Below, piece by piece: positions 1 through 11,265 of a DNA stretch of 64,000 nucleotides. This DNA comes from Myxococcota bacterium (lineage in GTDB: Bacteria > Myxococcota > JAJVIH01): the NCBI GenBank assembly GCA_022072125.1, contig JAJVIH010000016.1:29081-93080 (forward strand), written 5' to 3'. The stretch's first letter is position 1, and every line of letters starts with the position of its first letter. Made by a program: the position numbers and the translations under genes. Under the pieces are notes generated by a model. The model worked only from the letters and a program-made list of their open reading frames with translations, was not told the origin of the DNA and did no database searches.

Positions 1-627
1 ACCCAGGTAGCCAATCTGGATGGGTGATTTTCCGGGCAGCGGCTGGGCGGGCAGACGGGCGGGATCCACGCCTTCCATCATCACCAGCACGTCGCCCGCC
101 TTGCGTCCGCGGGAGAGGACGAATTCCTTCGCGGCCGGCGAGCCGCAAATCACCAGGTCCGCCTGTTCAATGCAGGCTTTTTCCTGGTTGCGCATGCGTT
201 TGATGACCTGCTCCCGGGCCGCCAGGCTGGGGTTGGTGTCCTTGATGTCCCAGGTGGGCAGCGTGTGAAGCTGGAACGCCATGCGGAAGCGGGTGGACGC
301 CTGCTGTTTGAGCGCCACCGCCCCGGAAAAGGGATCGTGACAATGCACGATGGCGTAGTCGCCGCTGGTGATCTGCCGTTCGACGGCGCGGCGGTACATT
401 TCAATATGGTCCAGCAGCCGGGCGCCGCTGACCGGAACGCGGAAGACGCGGGCGCCGTTGATTTTCTGGACGTGCGGAACCTCGCCGATCTTGAGCGAGA
501 CGATGTCCACCTCGAAATCCACGGTCAGGCCGGGCAACAGATCAAGAATCCGCTGGCTGACGCCCGAGGGTCCGGGAATCTGCGCGAATGCGGTGATCAG
601 CAGCCGTGGGTTATCGCTGGACAACAT
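1..627 (-). CDS. Glycosyltransferase family 1/4, N-terminal part; gene runs off the window start
   Basis: Own translation of the minus strand from ATG (complement 625-627): MLSSDNPRLLITAFAQIPGPSGVSQRILDLLPGLTVDFEVDIVSLKIGEVPHVQKINGARVFRVPVSG...HCHDPFSG...EQADLVICGSPAAKEFVL, a typical GT4 N-terminal domain. Absent from the ORF track because there is no stop inside the window. Confidence 0.7.
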   Translation of the reverse strand, partial: MLSSDNPRLLITAFAQIPGPSGVSQRILDLLPGLTVDFEVDIVSLKIGEVPHVQKINGARVFRVPVSGARLLDHIEMYRRAVERQITSGDYAIVHCHDPFSGAVALKQQASTRFRMAFQLHTLPTWDIKDTNPSLAAREQVIKRMRNQEKACIEQADLVICGSPAAKEFVLSRGRKAGDVLVMMEGVDPARLPAQPLPGKSPIQIGYLG

Positions 628-962
628 CTCTGGGAATGGCTCCCGGTGAAAGACAATCCGGGGACAACATGTCACAAGATCGCGGGAGCGGCGTCCGCCA
701 ACTGGCCTTCGCCTGTCTGGCTTGTAACGTGAACGTCACGGGGGGTCAATTGCATGGAGGAAGCAGCGGCAAGGGGAAAACAGACGCGGCGGCGGGACGA
801 TTCCCATGTCCATGAAAGATCGCGGCGCTGCTTTCGCCATCTCCGGTCTTCACGCGCTCCTCCCCGCGGCCAAAACCGGGATGCGGCGGGTTTATCGCAC
901 CCGCCCGTTGACTTCATTGCGCCGGTCCGATAGGAAAATTCAGCTCCGTATTCATGAAACGG

Positions 963-1037
<75 letters not shown>

Positions 1038-1102
1038 CTTTCTTTCCTGGCGCGCATGCATGGGGGATCGCGCGCCATCCTTGGTCCCCAGGAGACTTTT
1101 CC

Positions 1103-1696
1103 ATGCCATTCCGCACCTCCCTTCCCGCGTTTGTGATCTTCGCCTGCGCTCCGTTTGTCATCGCGGGATGCGGCGCCAAAACTCCTGATGCGGCGGCGCC
1201 CGCGGCGCAAGCCGCCCCGTCCATTGACGAACGGCTGGTGTCCACGCCTTATGTGGACCGCGCCCGCGGCTTCAGCATTCATGCTCCCGCGGGGTGGCAG
1301 GTGGAAGACGGGGCTTCCCTCGGCGTGCATGTGGTGATGAAGGCGCGCGAACAGATCCTGTCCTCGTACGGGCCTTTCCTGCCCAACATGAACGTGGTGT
1401 CGGAACCGGTGCGGGGAATGGGGCTGGACAAATTCGTGGATTATTCGCTGGTCAACCTGAAAAAGGGATTCACCGGCTTCAAGATTGTGAACGAGCGCTA
1501 CATACAAACCCAAACGCACAAAGGCCGTCTGCTGGAAGCGGAATTTGAGTCCAACGGTTATAAGCTGCAACTCATCCAGCTTTTCGTGGTTCACAAGGGA
1601 ACCGGATTCGTGGTCACCGGCACCGTGCCGGTGGACAACTGGCTGCAGTTCGAATCGCTCTTCGAGGCCACCATGGCCTCCTTCTCCGCCCTCTGA
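1103..1696 (+). CDS. Hypothetical lipoprotein, 197 aa
   Basis: ATG at 1103 preceded by GGAGA; signal peptide with lipobox (FVIAG-C). The long track ORF 806..1696 overlaps the tRNA, so its upstream part is rejected. Confidence 0.7.
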   Translation: MPFRTSLPAFVIFACAPFVIAGCGAKTPDAAAPAAQAAPSIDERLVSTPYVDRARGFSIHAPAGWQVEDGASLGVHVVMKAREQILSSYGPFLPNMNVVSEPVRGMGLDKFVDYSLVNLKKGFTGFKIVNERYIQTQTHKGRLLEAEFESNGYKLQLIQLFVVHKGTGFVVTGTVPVDNWLQFESLFEATMASFSAL

Positions 1697-2223
1697 TCAA
1701 AGATGGTTCTTCCACGAATCCCATGGATGGCTTCACTTTGACTGAATCCAGCCATCCCGCCGCGCATTGACCGCGTTTTCCGGCCGCAACATGGTCCGGC
1801 GATCCTGAAAATTCTCATTGGGACGCCCCGTGAGATATTCGTAAAGCGATCACATTCACCAGCGCCATGGATTCTGAATCTCCCTGATGCTCTTCGCCCG
1901 CCAGGGCTCCAATCCCGCCCCCCTACCGGACCGGATGGCCCGCAAATGATTCCGGCGCCCCCAGTGGCGCGGCTTGATCGCAAGCAACCTCTTTCCATGA
2001 AATGGTGGAACGAACGCCCCCGGTGGAAACCACGCTGCTTCTTCCGGTGATACAGCATCATTTCCTGAATCATGGTTTGGGCTGGAGGGCTTGATGCGGC
2101 CAGGGCGGACCATTCAGGAAGGAATCACCTGTGCATGACCATTGGAAAGAAGCGCGGTCCGGAGATCAGGGGGAGGATGATATATATATACAGCAGGAGT
2201 CTTAGCGCCTGTGGATATGTGGA

Positions 2224-2252
2224 AAAGAAAAGCGGAGCCTTGAGGGATAAGG
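2224..2252 (-). terminator. Rho-independent terminator for the small RHH gene
   Basis: Perfect 10-bp stem GCGGAGCCTT/AAGGCTCCGC with 7-nt loop, followed on the minus-strand transcript by a U-rich run (rc of GGAAAAGAAAA). Confidence 0.55.
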
Positions 2253-2349
2253 CTCCGCGTCATCGCCGTCACCGTGGAAAAACCGGAGAGAGAGGGCTTC
2301 TTCTTCAGGAGGATATTTTTCCACAGTCCGGCAATTCACATATCCACAA

Positions 2350-2541
2350 TCATGCGTGGACAGTCCGCACGTAACGGGCGCGCCGTTGCAGGGTGCTGGA
2401 GAGCGAGGCGTTGGCGAGGGCCAGGGCTTCGCGTTCATTGCCCGCCAGTTTGCCTGCTTCGTCCATGATGCGCTCGGCCAGTTCGAAGATGGTCAGGGTG
2501 ATGGTCTTCTTTTCCGGGGTGCTGGAAGCGGTGTTTTTCAT
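2350..2541 (-). CDS. Small ribbon-helix-helix (CopG/Arc-like) DNA-binding protein, 63 aa
   Basis: ATG with GGAG 7 nt upstream; KKTITLTIFELAERIMDEAGKLAGNEREALALANASL matches the RHH strand-helix-helix pattern; lies in a locally AT-richer stretch. Confidence 0.5.
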   Translation of the reverse strand: MKNTASSTPEKKTITLTIFELAERIMDEAGKLAGNEREALALANASLSSTLQRRARYVRTVHA

Positions 2542-3122
2542 CTGTTTGCTCCATCGGAGGTTGTTGGTGAAACCAAAGCAAAAGCCATGCCAGGTTCCGG
2601 TTCGCGCGGATTATCAACCGGTTCGTTGGGAGAATGGGACAAAAAAACAGGTTGTATTTCAACGGGTTGTGATGGATCGCCTGATTGTCATCCCGGTGAA
2701 ATCCGGGAGCACCGGATGACGGGAAATCCGGCGCCATGTGGATGAATGGACACATTCAGGGTGTGAGGAAACACAAGGCTGTTGTTTCGCGGCCACGGAA
2801 GCAGGAAAAGATCCAGGGCTGGCGCGCGCCAGCGATTGACGAAGAAAGAAGGGGATATTGGTATGGTCGCGATGATAAACGTCGGCCCGTGGCGTTTCCA
2901 CCACGGGCCTAGGAGGCCTGATCGCTCCATGCCAGCGGGTTGGCAACCGCAGGCCCGATCGGGACAAGGCCGCGCTCCTGCGATTAACAGTAGTATGCAG
3001 GCTATCGCCGGTGGATGCAAATCCGGCTTCTTCGTCGCGCCGCTATTCGTAGCGTATCTCGCTGCCTGGGCGTACGGGCTCGATGTAGCGGGGCGCGGTG
3101 GCCGATCCGGCGGGAGCGGAGG

Positions 3123-4613
3123 TCAATCCATCCGTTTTTCGGAGTGTTCACGGCCATTGAAGGTCAGCAGCACGCCGTGTTCCTCGGTGCGGGAATGCAG
3201 GTTCACCGGACGGCGCCAGATCTGGAAGATGTTGCGCAGGGTGTCGCGGGCGTAACCGGGATCCAGGTCCACGCCTTCCCATTTGTGATTGAGCAGAAGT
3301 TCGCCGCGGTTCTCGAAGTTGGCGTCTTCGACGAAAATGAAGGGGCGGCCCGCGTTGGTGAGTTGCTGGAGCAACCGCTGTTTGACCTGTTTGAACTCGC
3401 GCGACTCGATCTCCCAGCGCGAGCGATCATTGTTGAAGGAAAAGCTGAACAGCTTCTGTTCGCGGGCGAAATCCTCGGTCAGGAATTCGTCAATGAAGGT
3501 GATGTCATTGTGGATTTTCCGCACCTCGAAAATTTTCTTCCGTCCCAGGCCGAGTTTTTTGTCCCAGTTCTGGCGCGCCACGTAGTCATCGCAATCCAGC
3601 CATTCCTTGCCGAACTGGCCGCGGTCCCACCGTTCCTCGATATGCCGGAACAGTTCGATGCCCAGCTTGTAGGGATTGAGCCTCCCCCCCGCCGTGCTCA
3701 TGGTGCCGGCATGCGTGCAGGCGTAATCTATGACCTCCGCGTCCCGGAGAATCTTCGTGGTCATGAGTTTGGAGTGCCAGTATGAAGCCCAGCCCTCGTT
3801 CATGATCTTGGTCATCATCTGCGGCAGGAAATAATAGGCTTCTTCGCGGATGATGGAGAGCACATCCTGCTGCCAGGATTCCAGCGGGGCGTTTTCCATC
3901 AGGAAGAGCATGACATCGCGCTCCGGCTGGGCGGGAAATTTCCGCGGCTTGCCCTGTTCGGCCTCGCGCTTCTTCCGCTGTTCTTCAAGAAATTCCGGCG
4001 GATTGATGTAGTCGTTCATGTATTTGCGGGAAGACGGCAGCTTGTATTCCTCGCGCGGGGTCTCCGGCTCCGCATCGCGCGGGGGTTCCGCGCTGGCGGA
4101 AACCCGGTGCGGGGCCTGGGGATCAATCAGGTCTTCAATGCTCAGGCAGATGTCGAGGAAGTTTTCCACCGCCTCGATGCCATGGCGATCGATATACCGG
4201 CGGACGCGGGCGGCGTGATTGCCCATTTCATCGAGCATCTTGCGGTTGGTTTGGGCGAAGCAATAATTGTTCTTGAAGAAATCGCAGTGGCCGTACACAT
4301 GGGCCATCACCAGCTTCTGATCCACCATGGGGTTGGATTCCAGCAGGTAGGCATAGCAGGGGTCGCTGTTGATGACCATCTCGTAAATTTTGGACAGGCC
4401 GTAGCGGTAACTCTTCGACAGGTGCTCGTATTCCATGCCGAAGCGCCAGTGCGGATAGCGGTTGGGGAATCCGCCGTAGGCCGCGACCATGTTCATTTCC
4501 TGGAAGTCCAGCACTTCAAACACCGTTTCGAAGCAGTCGAGCCCCGCCTCCTTGGCGTGGCGTTCGATGATGGTCTGGGCCTCGGCGAGTTCAGGCGTGA
4601 GCTTTTTCGGCAT
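3123..4613 (-). CDS. spoVR: SpoVR family protein (YcgB-like)
   Basis: Conserved SpoVR stretch ...LVMAHVYGHCDFFKNNYCFAQTNRKMLDE...; start taken at MPKKLTPELAEAQ (ATG complement at 4611-4613). Confidence 0.88.
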   Translation of the reverse strand: MPKKLTPELAEAQTIIERHAKEAGLDCFETVFEVLDFQEMNMVAAYGGFPNRYPHWRFGMEYEHLSKSYRYGLSKIYEMVINSDPCYAYLLESNPMVDQKLVMAHVYGHCDFFKNNYCFAQTNRKMLDEMGNHAARVRRYIDRHGIEAVENFLDICLSIEDLIDPQAPHRVSASAEPPRDAEPETPREEYKLPSSRKYMNDYINPPEFLEEQRKKREAEQGKPRKFPAQPERDVMLFLMENAPLESWQQDVLSIIREEAYYFLPQMMTKIMNEGWASYWHSKLMTTKILRDAEVIDYACTHAGTMSTAGGRLNPYKLGIELFRHIEERWDRGQFGKEWLDCDDYVARQNWDKKLGLGRKKIFEVRKIHNDITFIDEFLTEDFAREQKLFSFSFNNDRSRWEIESREFKQVKQRLLQQLTNAGRPFIFVEDANFENRGELLLNHKWEGVDLDPGYARDTLRNIFQIWRRPVNLHSRTEEHGVLLTFNGREHSEKRMD

Positions 4614-4807
4614 GGCGCTCCGGGATTGCATGAAGCCGCGGCGGCATGGCCGCGGCGTTGCGGGATTGTAGGCGTCCCCCGCCGCCGGGAGCAAGCGGAA
4701 CCCGCCCCGGACCGCTTCCCGGGCCTTGAGACCCATGGGCAGTCCGGCTACGCTGCGGCGCGCGTACGCGCGGTTTTCCCCCGGTGTCGCGATCAGGCCT
4801 TCCAGTC

Positions 4808-5689
4808 ATGCTCCAGAAAGAACTGCTGCGGAAAATCCGGCGGATTGAAATCGTCACCAACCGGGCGGCCGACGAGTCCCTGGCCGGGCGGTATCATTCC
4901 GTCTTCAAGGGCCGCGGCATGGAATTCGCCGAGGTGCGTCCCTACCAGCCTGGCGATGACATCCGCTTCATTGACTGGAACGTCTCGGCGCGCATGAACG
5001 AACTCTTCGTGAAGGTCTTCCACGAAGAGCGGCAACTGACCATCATGCTGCTGGTGGACGTGTCCGCCTCGGGAAGGTTTGGCACACGCTCCCACTTCAA
5101 ATCCGGACTGGCGGCGCAGATCACCGGGCTGCTGGCGTTTTCCGCCATCAAGAACAACGACAGGGTCGGCCTGCTGCTGTTCAGCAACCGGGTCGAGCAA
5201 TACGCGCCGCCGAAGAAGGGGCGCAAGCATATTTTGCGCCTGATCTCGCTGATCTTCTCGCACCAGCCGGAGCACGCGGGCACCAACATCACCCAGGCGC
5301 TGGATTACCTGAACCGGGTGCAGCACCGCCGCGCCATCGTCTTTCTGATCAGCGACTTCCAGGAAGGCGGCTACGCGCGCCGGCTGGGAGCGGTGGCGCA
5401 CCGGCACGATTTGATCCCGGTGGTCATCCGCGACCCGATGGAGAGCCGCATCCCCCCGGCGGGAGTGGTTTGTTTCGCCGACGCCGAAACGGGCGCCCTG
5501 ACCTGGCTGGATACCTCCAGCCGGCGCGGCCGGGCGCTGTTTGAAAAACGGGTGGCAGAGGAAGATCTCCTGCGCCGCCAGCTTTTCAAGCAGCTTGGGC
5601 TCGACAGCATTCATCTGGAGACCCACCGGGACCCCGCGCCGCCGCTGGTCGAGTTTTTCCAGAAAAGGGCCAAACGCCTTGCTCCGTAG
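4808..5689 (+). CDS. DUF58 domain protein (MoxR/Bat-operon-associated)
   Basis: Typical DUF58 sequence: ...DIRFIDWNVSARMNELFVKVF...MLLVDVSASG...; a GTG at 4784 is an alternative start. Confidence 0.85.
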   Translation: MLQKELLRKIRRIEIVTNRAADESLAGRYHSVFKGRGMEFAEVRPYQPGDDIRFIDWNVSARMNELFVKVFHEERQLTIMLLVDVSASGRFGTRSHFKSGLAAQITGLLAFSAIKNNDRVGLLLFSNRVEQYAPPKKGRKHILRLISLIFSHQPEHAGTNITQALDYLNRVQHRRAIVFLISDFQEGGYARRLGAVAHRHDLIPVVIRDPMESRIPPAGVVCFADAETGALTWLDTSSRRGRALFEKRVAEEDLLRRQLFKQLGLDSIHLETHRDPAPPLVEFFQKRAKRLAP

Positions 5690-5696
5690 CTGGTTC

Positions 5697-6794
5697 ATGG
5701 CGCTGGATTTCCGGATGCTGTCGCGGGCGGCGGCGATGGTCTGCTGCCTGTGGGCGGGGTGGACGCCGGCGTCCGCCCGGGCGCAATCCGCCGCCAGCCC
5801 GGGTGTATCCGCCGCGCCCGCCACGGGGGCGAACCTCCACCTGCCGCTGTCCCATTTCGTTCAGGAAGGCCAGTACCAGTTGACCGCCACGCTGGCGCGT
5901 CAGGAGGCGGAGCTGGAAGACCCGGTTGGATTCGAGGTGCTGATCACCCACCCCAGGGGCGTGGTGTTGCGGCTGGCGGACAACCAGAAAATGCCCGAAG
6001 GCCTGCGCATGCGGACCGGCGAGGGCGGGCCGGTGGAAGCCAGCAATGGAACCCAGCACCGGTTCCAGATGGAGTTCTCCCTCACGGACGTGGCGGACGC
6101 CACGATTCCCCCGGTTGAATTCGTGGATGGCGGCGGTCAGGTGGTCATCCGCACGAACGAAACGCCGCTGCGTTTCCGGCCCACGCTGCCGCCGGATCAG
6201 GACCCGGCCGCCATCGAGGCGCAACCCGTCACGGAAATGGAAAGCATTCCGCGCAGGGATTTCCGGCGGTTGTACTGGCTGTTGGGAAGCCTGGGCGCGC
6301 TGCTGCTGGCGGGGCTGATCCTGTGGCGGGCGCGCAACCGCAAACCGGCGCCCGCGCCGGCGCCCCCGCCGATCCGGCCTCCGCATGAGGTGGCGATGGA
6401 GCGGCTGGAGGCGATCATGCGCAAGCGCCACCTCGCGGCGGGCCGCGTGAAGGAACATTATTTCGAGGTGACGGAGGTGCTGCGCGAATATCTGGGCCGC
6501 CGCTACGGTTTCTATTCCATGGACATGACCACCGGCGAACTGTTGCGGGAACTCCAGTTGAAGCGCACCCACGCCCTTGATCTGGTGGCGCTGGAAAAAT
6601 TTCTCCACCACGCCGATCTGGTGAAGTTCAGCACCTACCAGCCCACGCCCGGAGAGTCCGGAAGCGTGCTCGACGCCGCATTTCATTTTGTCGAGGCCAC
6701 CGCGCAGCGCGCGCAGCCGCCCGCCGCCGCGTCATCCGCCGCCCGCGCCATCGCGGCGGCGGAAAGCGGCGGGGAGAAGGACGCCGCGCCATGA
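5697..6794 (+). CDS. Membrane protein with periplasmic BatD-like domain, single TM helix and cytoplasmic DUF4381-like tail
   Basis: Signal peptide, TM helix LYWLLGSLGALLLAGLILW, Pro-rich linker PAPAPAPPPIRPP; sits between the DUF58 and BatA genes. Confidence 0.65.
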   Translation: MALDFRMLSRAAAMVCCLWAGWTPASARAQSAASPGVSAAPATGANLHLPLSHFVQEGQYQLTATLARQEAELEDPVGFEVLITHPRGVVLRLADNQKMPEGLRMRTGEGGPVEASNGTQHRFQMEFSLTDVADATIPPVEFVDGGGQVVIRTNETPLRFRPTLPPDQDPAAIEAQPVTEMESIPRRDFRRLYWLLGSLGALLLAGLILWRARNRKPAPAPAPPPIRPPHEVAMERLEAIMRKRHLAAGRVKEHYFEVTEVLREYLGRRYGFYSMDMTTGELLRELQLKRTHALDLVALEKFLHHADLVKFSTYQPTPGESGSVLDAAFHFVEATAQRAQPPAAASSAARAIAAAESGGEKDAAP

Positions 6795-7792
6795 ACGGGA
6801 GTTTTTCATTCGGCGCGCCATGGGCCCTTCTGGCCTTCGTCTTGTTCCCGTTCTTCCTGTGGCGGCTGGCGCGCGTCAAATGGCGGAATCCCCCCGCCAT
6901 GACCTATTCGCATACCGGCCCCTTGCGCGGGCTTTCCAGCGGGCCGCGTTCCTCCGCCGTCTATCTGCCCGATATCATCCGCCTGCTTGGACTGGCGGCG
7001 TTCGTGATCGCGCTGGCGCGCCCGCAGATCATCACGCAGCGACCGCCGGAGGAGACGGAAGGCATTGATATTGTCATCACGCTGGATATCTCCCGCTCCA
7101 TGCTGGCTGCGGACTTCCAGCCCAGCCGCCTGCACGTGGCCAAGCAGGTGATCCGCGAGCATCTGATCGAGCGATCCACGGATCGCATGGGCCTGGTGGT
7201 GTTCGCGGGCGAGGCCATGACCCAGTGTCCGCTCACGCTCAATCACCGCATCCTGAGTTTCATCCTGGAAACCGTGGCCGTGGAGGAGCGGCCGACCGGC
7301 ACGGCGATAGGCAACGCCATCGGGGTGAGCCTGAACCGCCTGCGCGACTCGAAGGCGAAGAGCCGGGTGATCATCCTGCTGACCGACGGCGATTCCAACT
7401 CGGGCAATATCGCTCCGGAAGACGCGATGGCGATGGCGAAGAACATGGGCGTTCGCATCTACACCATCCAAGTGGGATCGGGGGGGCTGGTGCCCGTGCC
7501 GGTGACCACGGGCCCCTTCGTGGATTTTCAGCAGGCGTTTCTGCCGGTGAATCCCGAGCTATTGAAGAAGATCGCCAGCGAAACCGGCGGCGCCTATTTC
7601 GTGGCGGACAACGGCGAGGCGCTGAAAAACAACCTCAACCAGATTCTGTCCGAACTGCAGAAATCCAAAATCCAGGATACCGGCATGCTGGAAGACCGCG
7701 AGGAGTTTTACCAGTGGCCGCTGGGTGCGGGTTTCGCCCTGGTGTTGCTGGACATCCTGTTGATGTTCACCTTGTTCCGCCGCTTCCCGTGA
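6791..7792 (+). CDS. batA: vWA domain protein BatA (aerotolerance-operon type)
   Basis: N- and C-terminal TM helices; vWA MIDAS motif DISRSM...ILLTDGDSNSG; 4-nt overlap with the upstream gene. Confidence 0.85.
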   Translation: MNGSFSFGAPWALLAFVLFPFFLWRLARVKWRNPPAMTYSHTGPLRGLSSGPRSSAVYLPDIIRLLGLAAFVIALARPQIITQRPPEETEGIDIVITLDISRSMLAADFQPSRLHVAKQVIREHLIERSTDRMGLVVFAGEAMTQCPLTLNHRILSFILETVAVEERPTGTAIGNAIGVSLNRLRDSKAKSRVIILLTDGDSNSGNIAPEDAMAMAKNMGVRIYTIQVGSGGLVPVPVTTGPFVDFQQAFLPVNPELLKKIASETGGAYFVADNGEALKNNLNQILSELQKSKIQDTGMLEDREEFYQWPLGAGFALVLLDILLMFTLFRRFP

Positions 7793-7968
7793 ACGGCGGT
7801 TTCGCGGGCCGGCCCGGCGCGCGCCAACCAAGCGGTTTTTCCTGTGAAATCCCGCGGCGATCCGGCGGAGCATCCCCCCCCGGTTTTCCCTTCCCCGGGC
7901 GTGACCTGGAGGATGCTTGCCCGGAACGGCGGAGGGAATTATCCTGCCGGGCCTGAGGTTGAAGACCC

Positions 7969-9103
<1,135 letters not shown>

Positions 9104-9120
<17 letters not shown>

Positions 9121-10006
9121 ACCGGCCCCGCCGGCGCCTGTCGTGGCGATCATCGGCGGCAGCGGCCACCAGCATTTCGCCGGTCTCCAGACCGGGGAGG
9201 AAATCCGCCTCGACACGCCGTTTGGCGCACCTTCCGCTCCCATTGTCCGCGGCGCGCTGGATGGCCAGACGGTTTATTTCCTGCCCCGGCACGGCGCGGG
9301 CCACCACCTGATCCCCTCCGATGTGCCCTACCGCGCCAATGTGTGGGCGCTCAAGAAACTGGGCGTCAACTGGGCGATTTCCATTTCCGCCGTGGGTTCG
9401 CTGGCCGAGCATATCGCTCCGGGCGACGTGGTGATTCCCGATCAGTTGATTGACCGCACCTTCCGCCGCGTCCCCACGTTTTTTGGCGATGGCGTGGCGG
9501 CGCATATCCAATTCTCGAAGCCCTGTTGCCCGGTGCTGGCGGCCGTGCTGGCTCAGGCGGCGCGGCAGGAACTGGCCCGCGAACCCGGCGCGGTTCATGC
9601 GGGCGGAACCTATGTTTGCATCGAAGGTCCGGCGCTGAGCACCCGGGCGGAATCGGAATTGTACCGGTCGTGGGGCGCGCGGGTGATCGGCATGACCGCC
9701 CTGCCAGAAGCAAAACTGTTCCGCGAGGCGGAGATCGCCTGGGCGCAACTGGCGCTCTGCACCGATTACGACTGCTGGCGCGAGGGAGCCGCGGAGGTTT
9801 CCGTCGAAACCGTGCTGGCGGTCCTGCGCGCCAATGTGGCCAAGGCCCAGCGCACGGCCCGCGCGGCGGTTCCACTGCTGGCCCGGGCGCCCCGCTCCCT
9901 GGCGCATGACGCCCTGGGGTTCGCCCTGATCACCCGCCCGGAACACATGAGCGCGGAAACCCGCCAACGCCTGGAACCGCTCCTCGCACGATACATGGCC
10001 GGATGA
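9104..10006 (+). CDS. mtnP: S-methyl-5'-thioadenosine phosphorylase
   Basis: PNP/MTAP family: VAIIGGSG...YFLPRHG..H...VNWAISISAVGSL...GMTALPEAKLFREAEIAWAQLALCTDYDCW; overlaps rlmN by 17 nt. Confidence 0.9.
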
Positions 10007-10711
10007 TTGGTCCGCTCACGTTCCTGGCGCGGTGAACGGAACAACAAACGGGCGCGGACAAGGCGCGCCGGCAGGGATGGCTGCCACCGGCCATGATCGC
10101 ATGGAGGTCCGCCGCCGCTGCCTTGCGGCAGCGGCGGCCCCGCCCCGCGCAAAGGCCCGGGAGCGCGCGCCGCCGCATCCAAACTCCCCAACCCCGGACG
10201 ATCACCGGCGCAGGCCGCGCGCAGGCGGATGAACGGGCGCCGGTGTGCGGGTACGGCTTCCGCGGCCCGGCGGTCAGCCATCCGCGCGGGGCCTGCGCGG
10301 CCATGCGGCCCCGCCTGAAGCCGCGCGCGATCCCGGGCCTTTTCGCCTCCACCCCCCCGCGCCCCCCGGTCCCCTGTTCATGCGCATGCTGGCGCCCGTA
10401 CGAATGATCTTGCTTCATGCGCGCATCCCGCTCGCACGGACACGGGGACCGCCCGTTCCGCGGCCGCGCGCCTGGTGCGCGCGAGGCGCGGAACGGAAGC
10501 CGCCTGCGGCGGCCGGGGGGCGCAGGGGGGGTGGAGGCGGCGTGCGCAAAGCGCCCGCGCGCGGGGCGGGGCCTCCCCCCGCTTTCAGCGGGGGGAGGCG
10601 GACGCCGGTGATCGAACTTGGGGTGGAGATACGCCGCTTGGGGGCGAAACCGTCATGGCCGCCGCGGCGCGCATCGTGGACCTCGACGCCGCCCGCTGGT
10701 TTTGATTATGC

Positions 10712-10742
10712 GGATAAAAAAAGCCGGGAGCTGCTCCCGGCT
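10712..10742 (-). terminator. Rho-independent terminator of groES
   Basis: Stem GCCGGGAG/CTCCCGGC with 3-nt loop, followed on the minus-strand transcript by UUUUUUUAUCC; lies directly after the groES stop. Confidence 0.8.
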
Positions 10743-10767
10743 TTCGCGTTGGAGTGGCGAAACGCGA

Positions 10768-11055
10768 TCACTCGATGACGCCGAGGATGTCTTCCTCGCG
10801 CAGGATCAGGTGCTCCTCGCCGTCAATCTTGACCTCGGCGCCGCTGTACTTGCCGAAGAGAATCTTGTCGCCTTTCTTGACCTGAAGCGGATGAACCTTG
10901 CCGGTGTCTCCGATGCGGCCCTCACCCACGGCGATGATCAGACCCTCCAGGGGTTTTTCCTTGGCGGTGTCGGGGATGATGATCCCGCCCTTGGTTTTCT
11001 GTTCGCTTTCCAGGCGCTTCACCAGCACGCGATCGTGCACGGGACGAATCTTCAT
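10768..11055 (-). CDS. groES: Co-chaperonin GroES (10 kDa chaperonin)
   Basis: [38 protein letters not shown]...[34 protein letters not shown]; AGGAG lies 8 nt upstream of the ATG. No groEL follows. Confidence 0.92.
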   Translation of the reverse strand: MKIRPVHDRVLVKRLESEQKTKGGIIIPDTAKEKPLEGLIIAVGEGRIGDTGKVHPLQVKKGDKILFGKYSGAEVKIDGEEHLILREEDILGVIE

Positions 11056-11265
11056 GGATGGACTCCTGTCGAGAATGGGTTTGCGGCCCAGTTGAAATGC
11101 AAAGCCAAGGGTAACCACCCCCCGGTCCCGGTCAAGGGGCGCCGGCCCATGAAAGGGGGCCGGAATGGCCGATCCTCCACGCGGGAACCGGATGGATTCC
11201 CGGCCGCTTGACGGCGTTGGCGGTTCGGTCTTTACAGATCGGATGAAACCCCATCCTGGAAATTC

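Noticed and set aside
2688-3255. ORFs 2688..3020 (-), 2659..2967 (-) and 2782..3255 (+) downstream of spoVR
   Set aside because: No RBS, junk-like composition and mutual overlap; the region is treated as non-coding, with possible ncRNA or terminator hairpins about 2885-2910.
3015-3785. Long ORFs antisense to real genes (examples: 3015..3785, 4793..5824, 5586..6686, 7939..9243, 8876..9967, 13119..14351, 14179..16410, 17668..20172, 20232..21896, 24637..26262, 26075..27046, 30300..32117, 31933..33249, 33246..34736, 35702..37606, 55444..56892, 57808..59295, 59783..61024)
   Set aside because: High GC leaves long stop-free antisense frames; in every case the opposite strand encodes a protein with clear conserved motifs.
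10245-10778. Track ORFs inside the GC-rich island (e.g. 10245..10778 +, 9930..10418 -, 10618..11211 +)
   Set aside because: Translations are Arg/Pro/Gly-rich low-complexity typical of random reading of about 80% GC DNA; there are no RBSs and they overlap the groES terminator and gene.
11056-11265. CIRCE/HrcA operator or sigma32 promoter upstream of groES
   Set aside because: No TTAGCACTC-N9-GAGTGCTAA element and no convincing CTTGAAA / CCCCATNT pair found by eye; the promoter is left unassigned.
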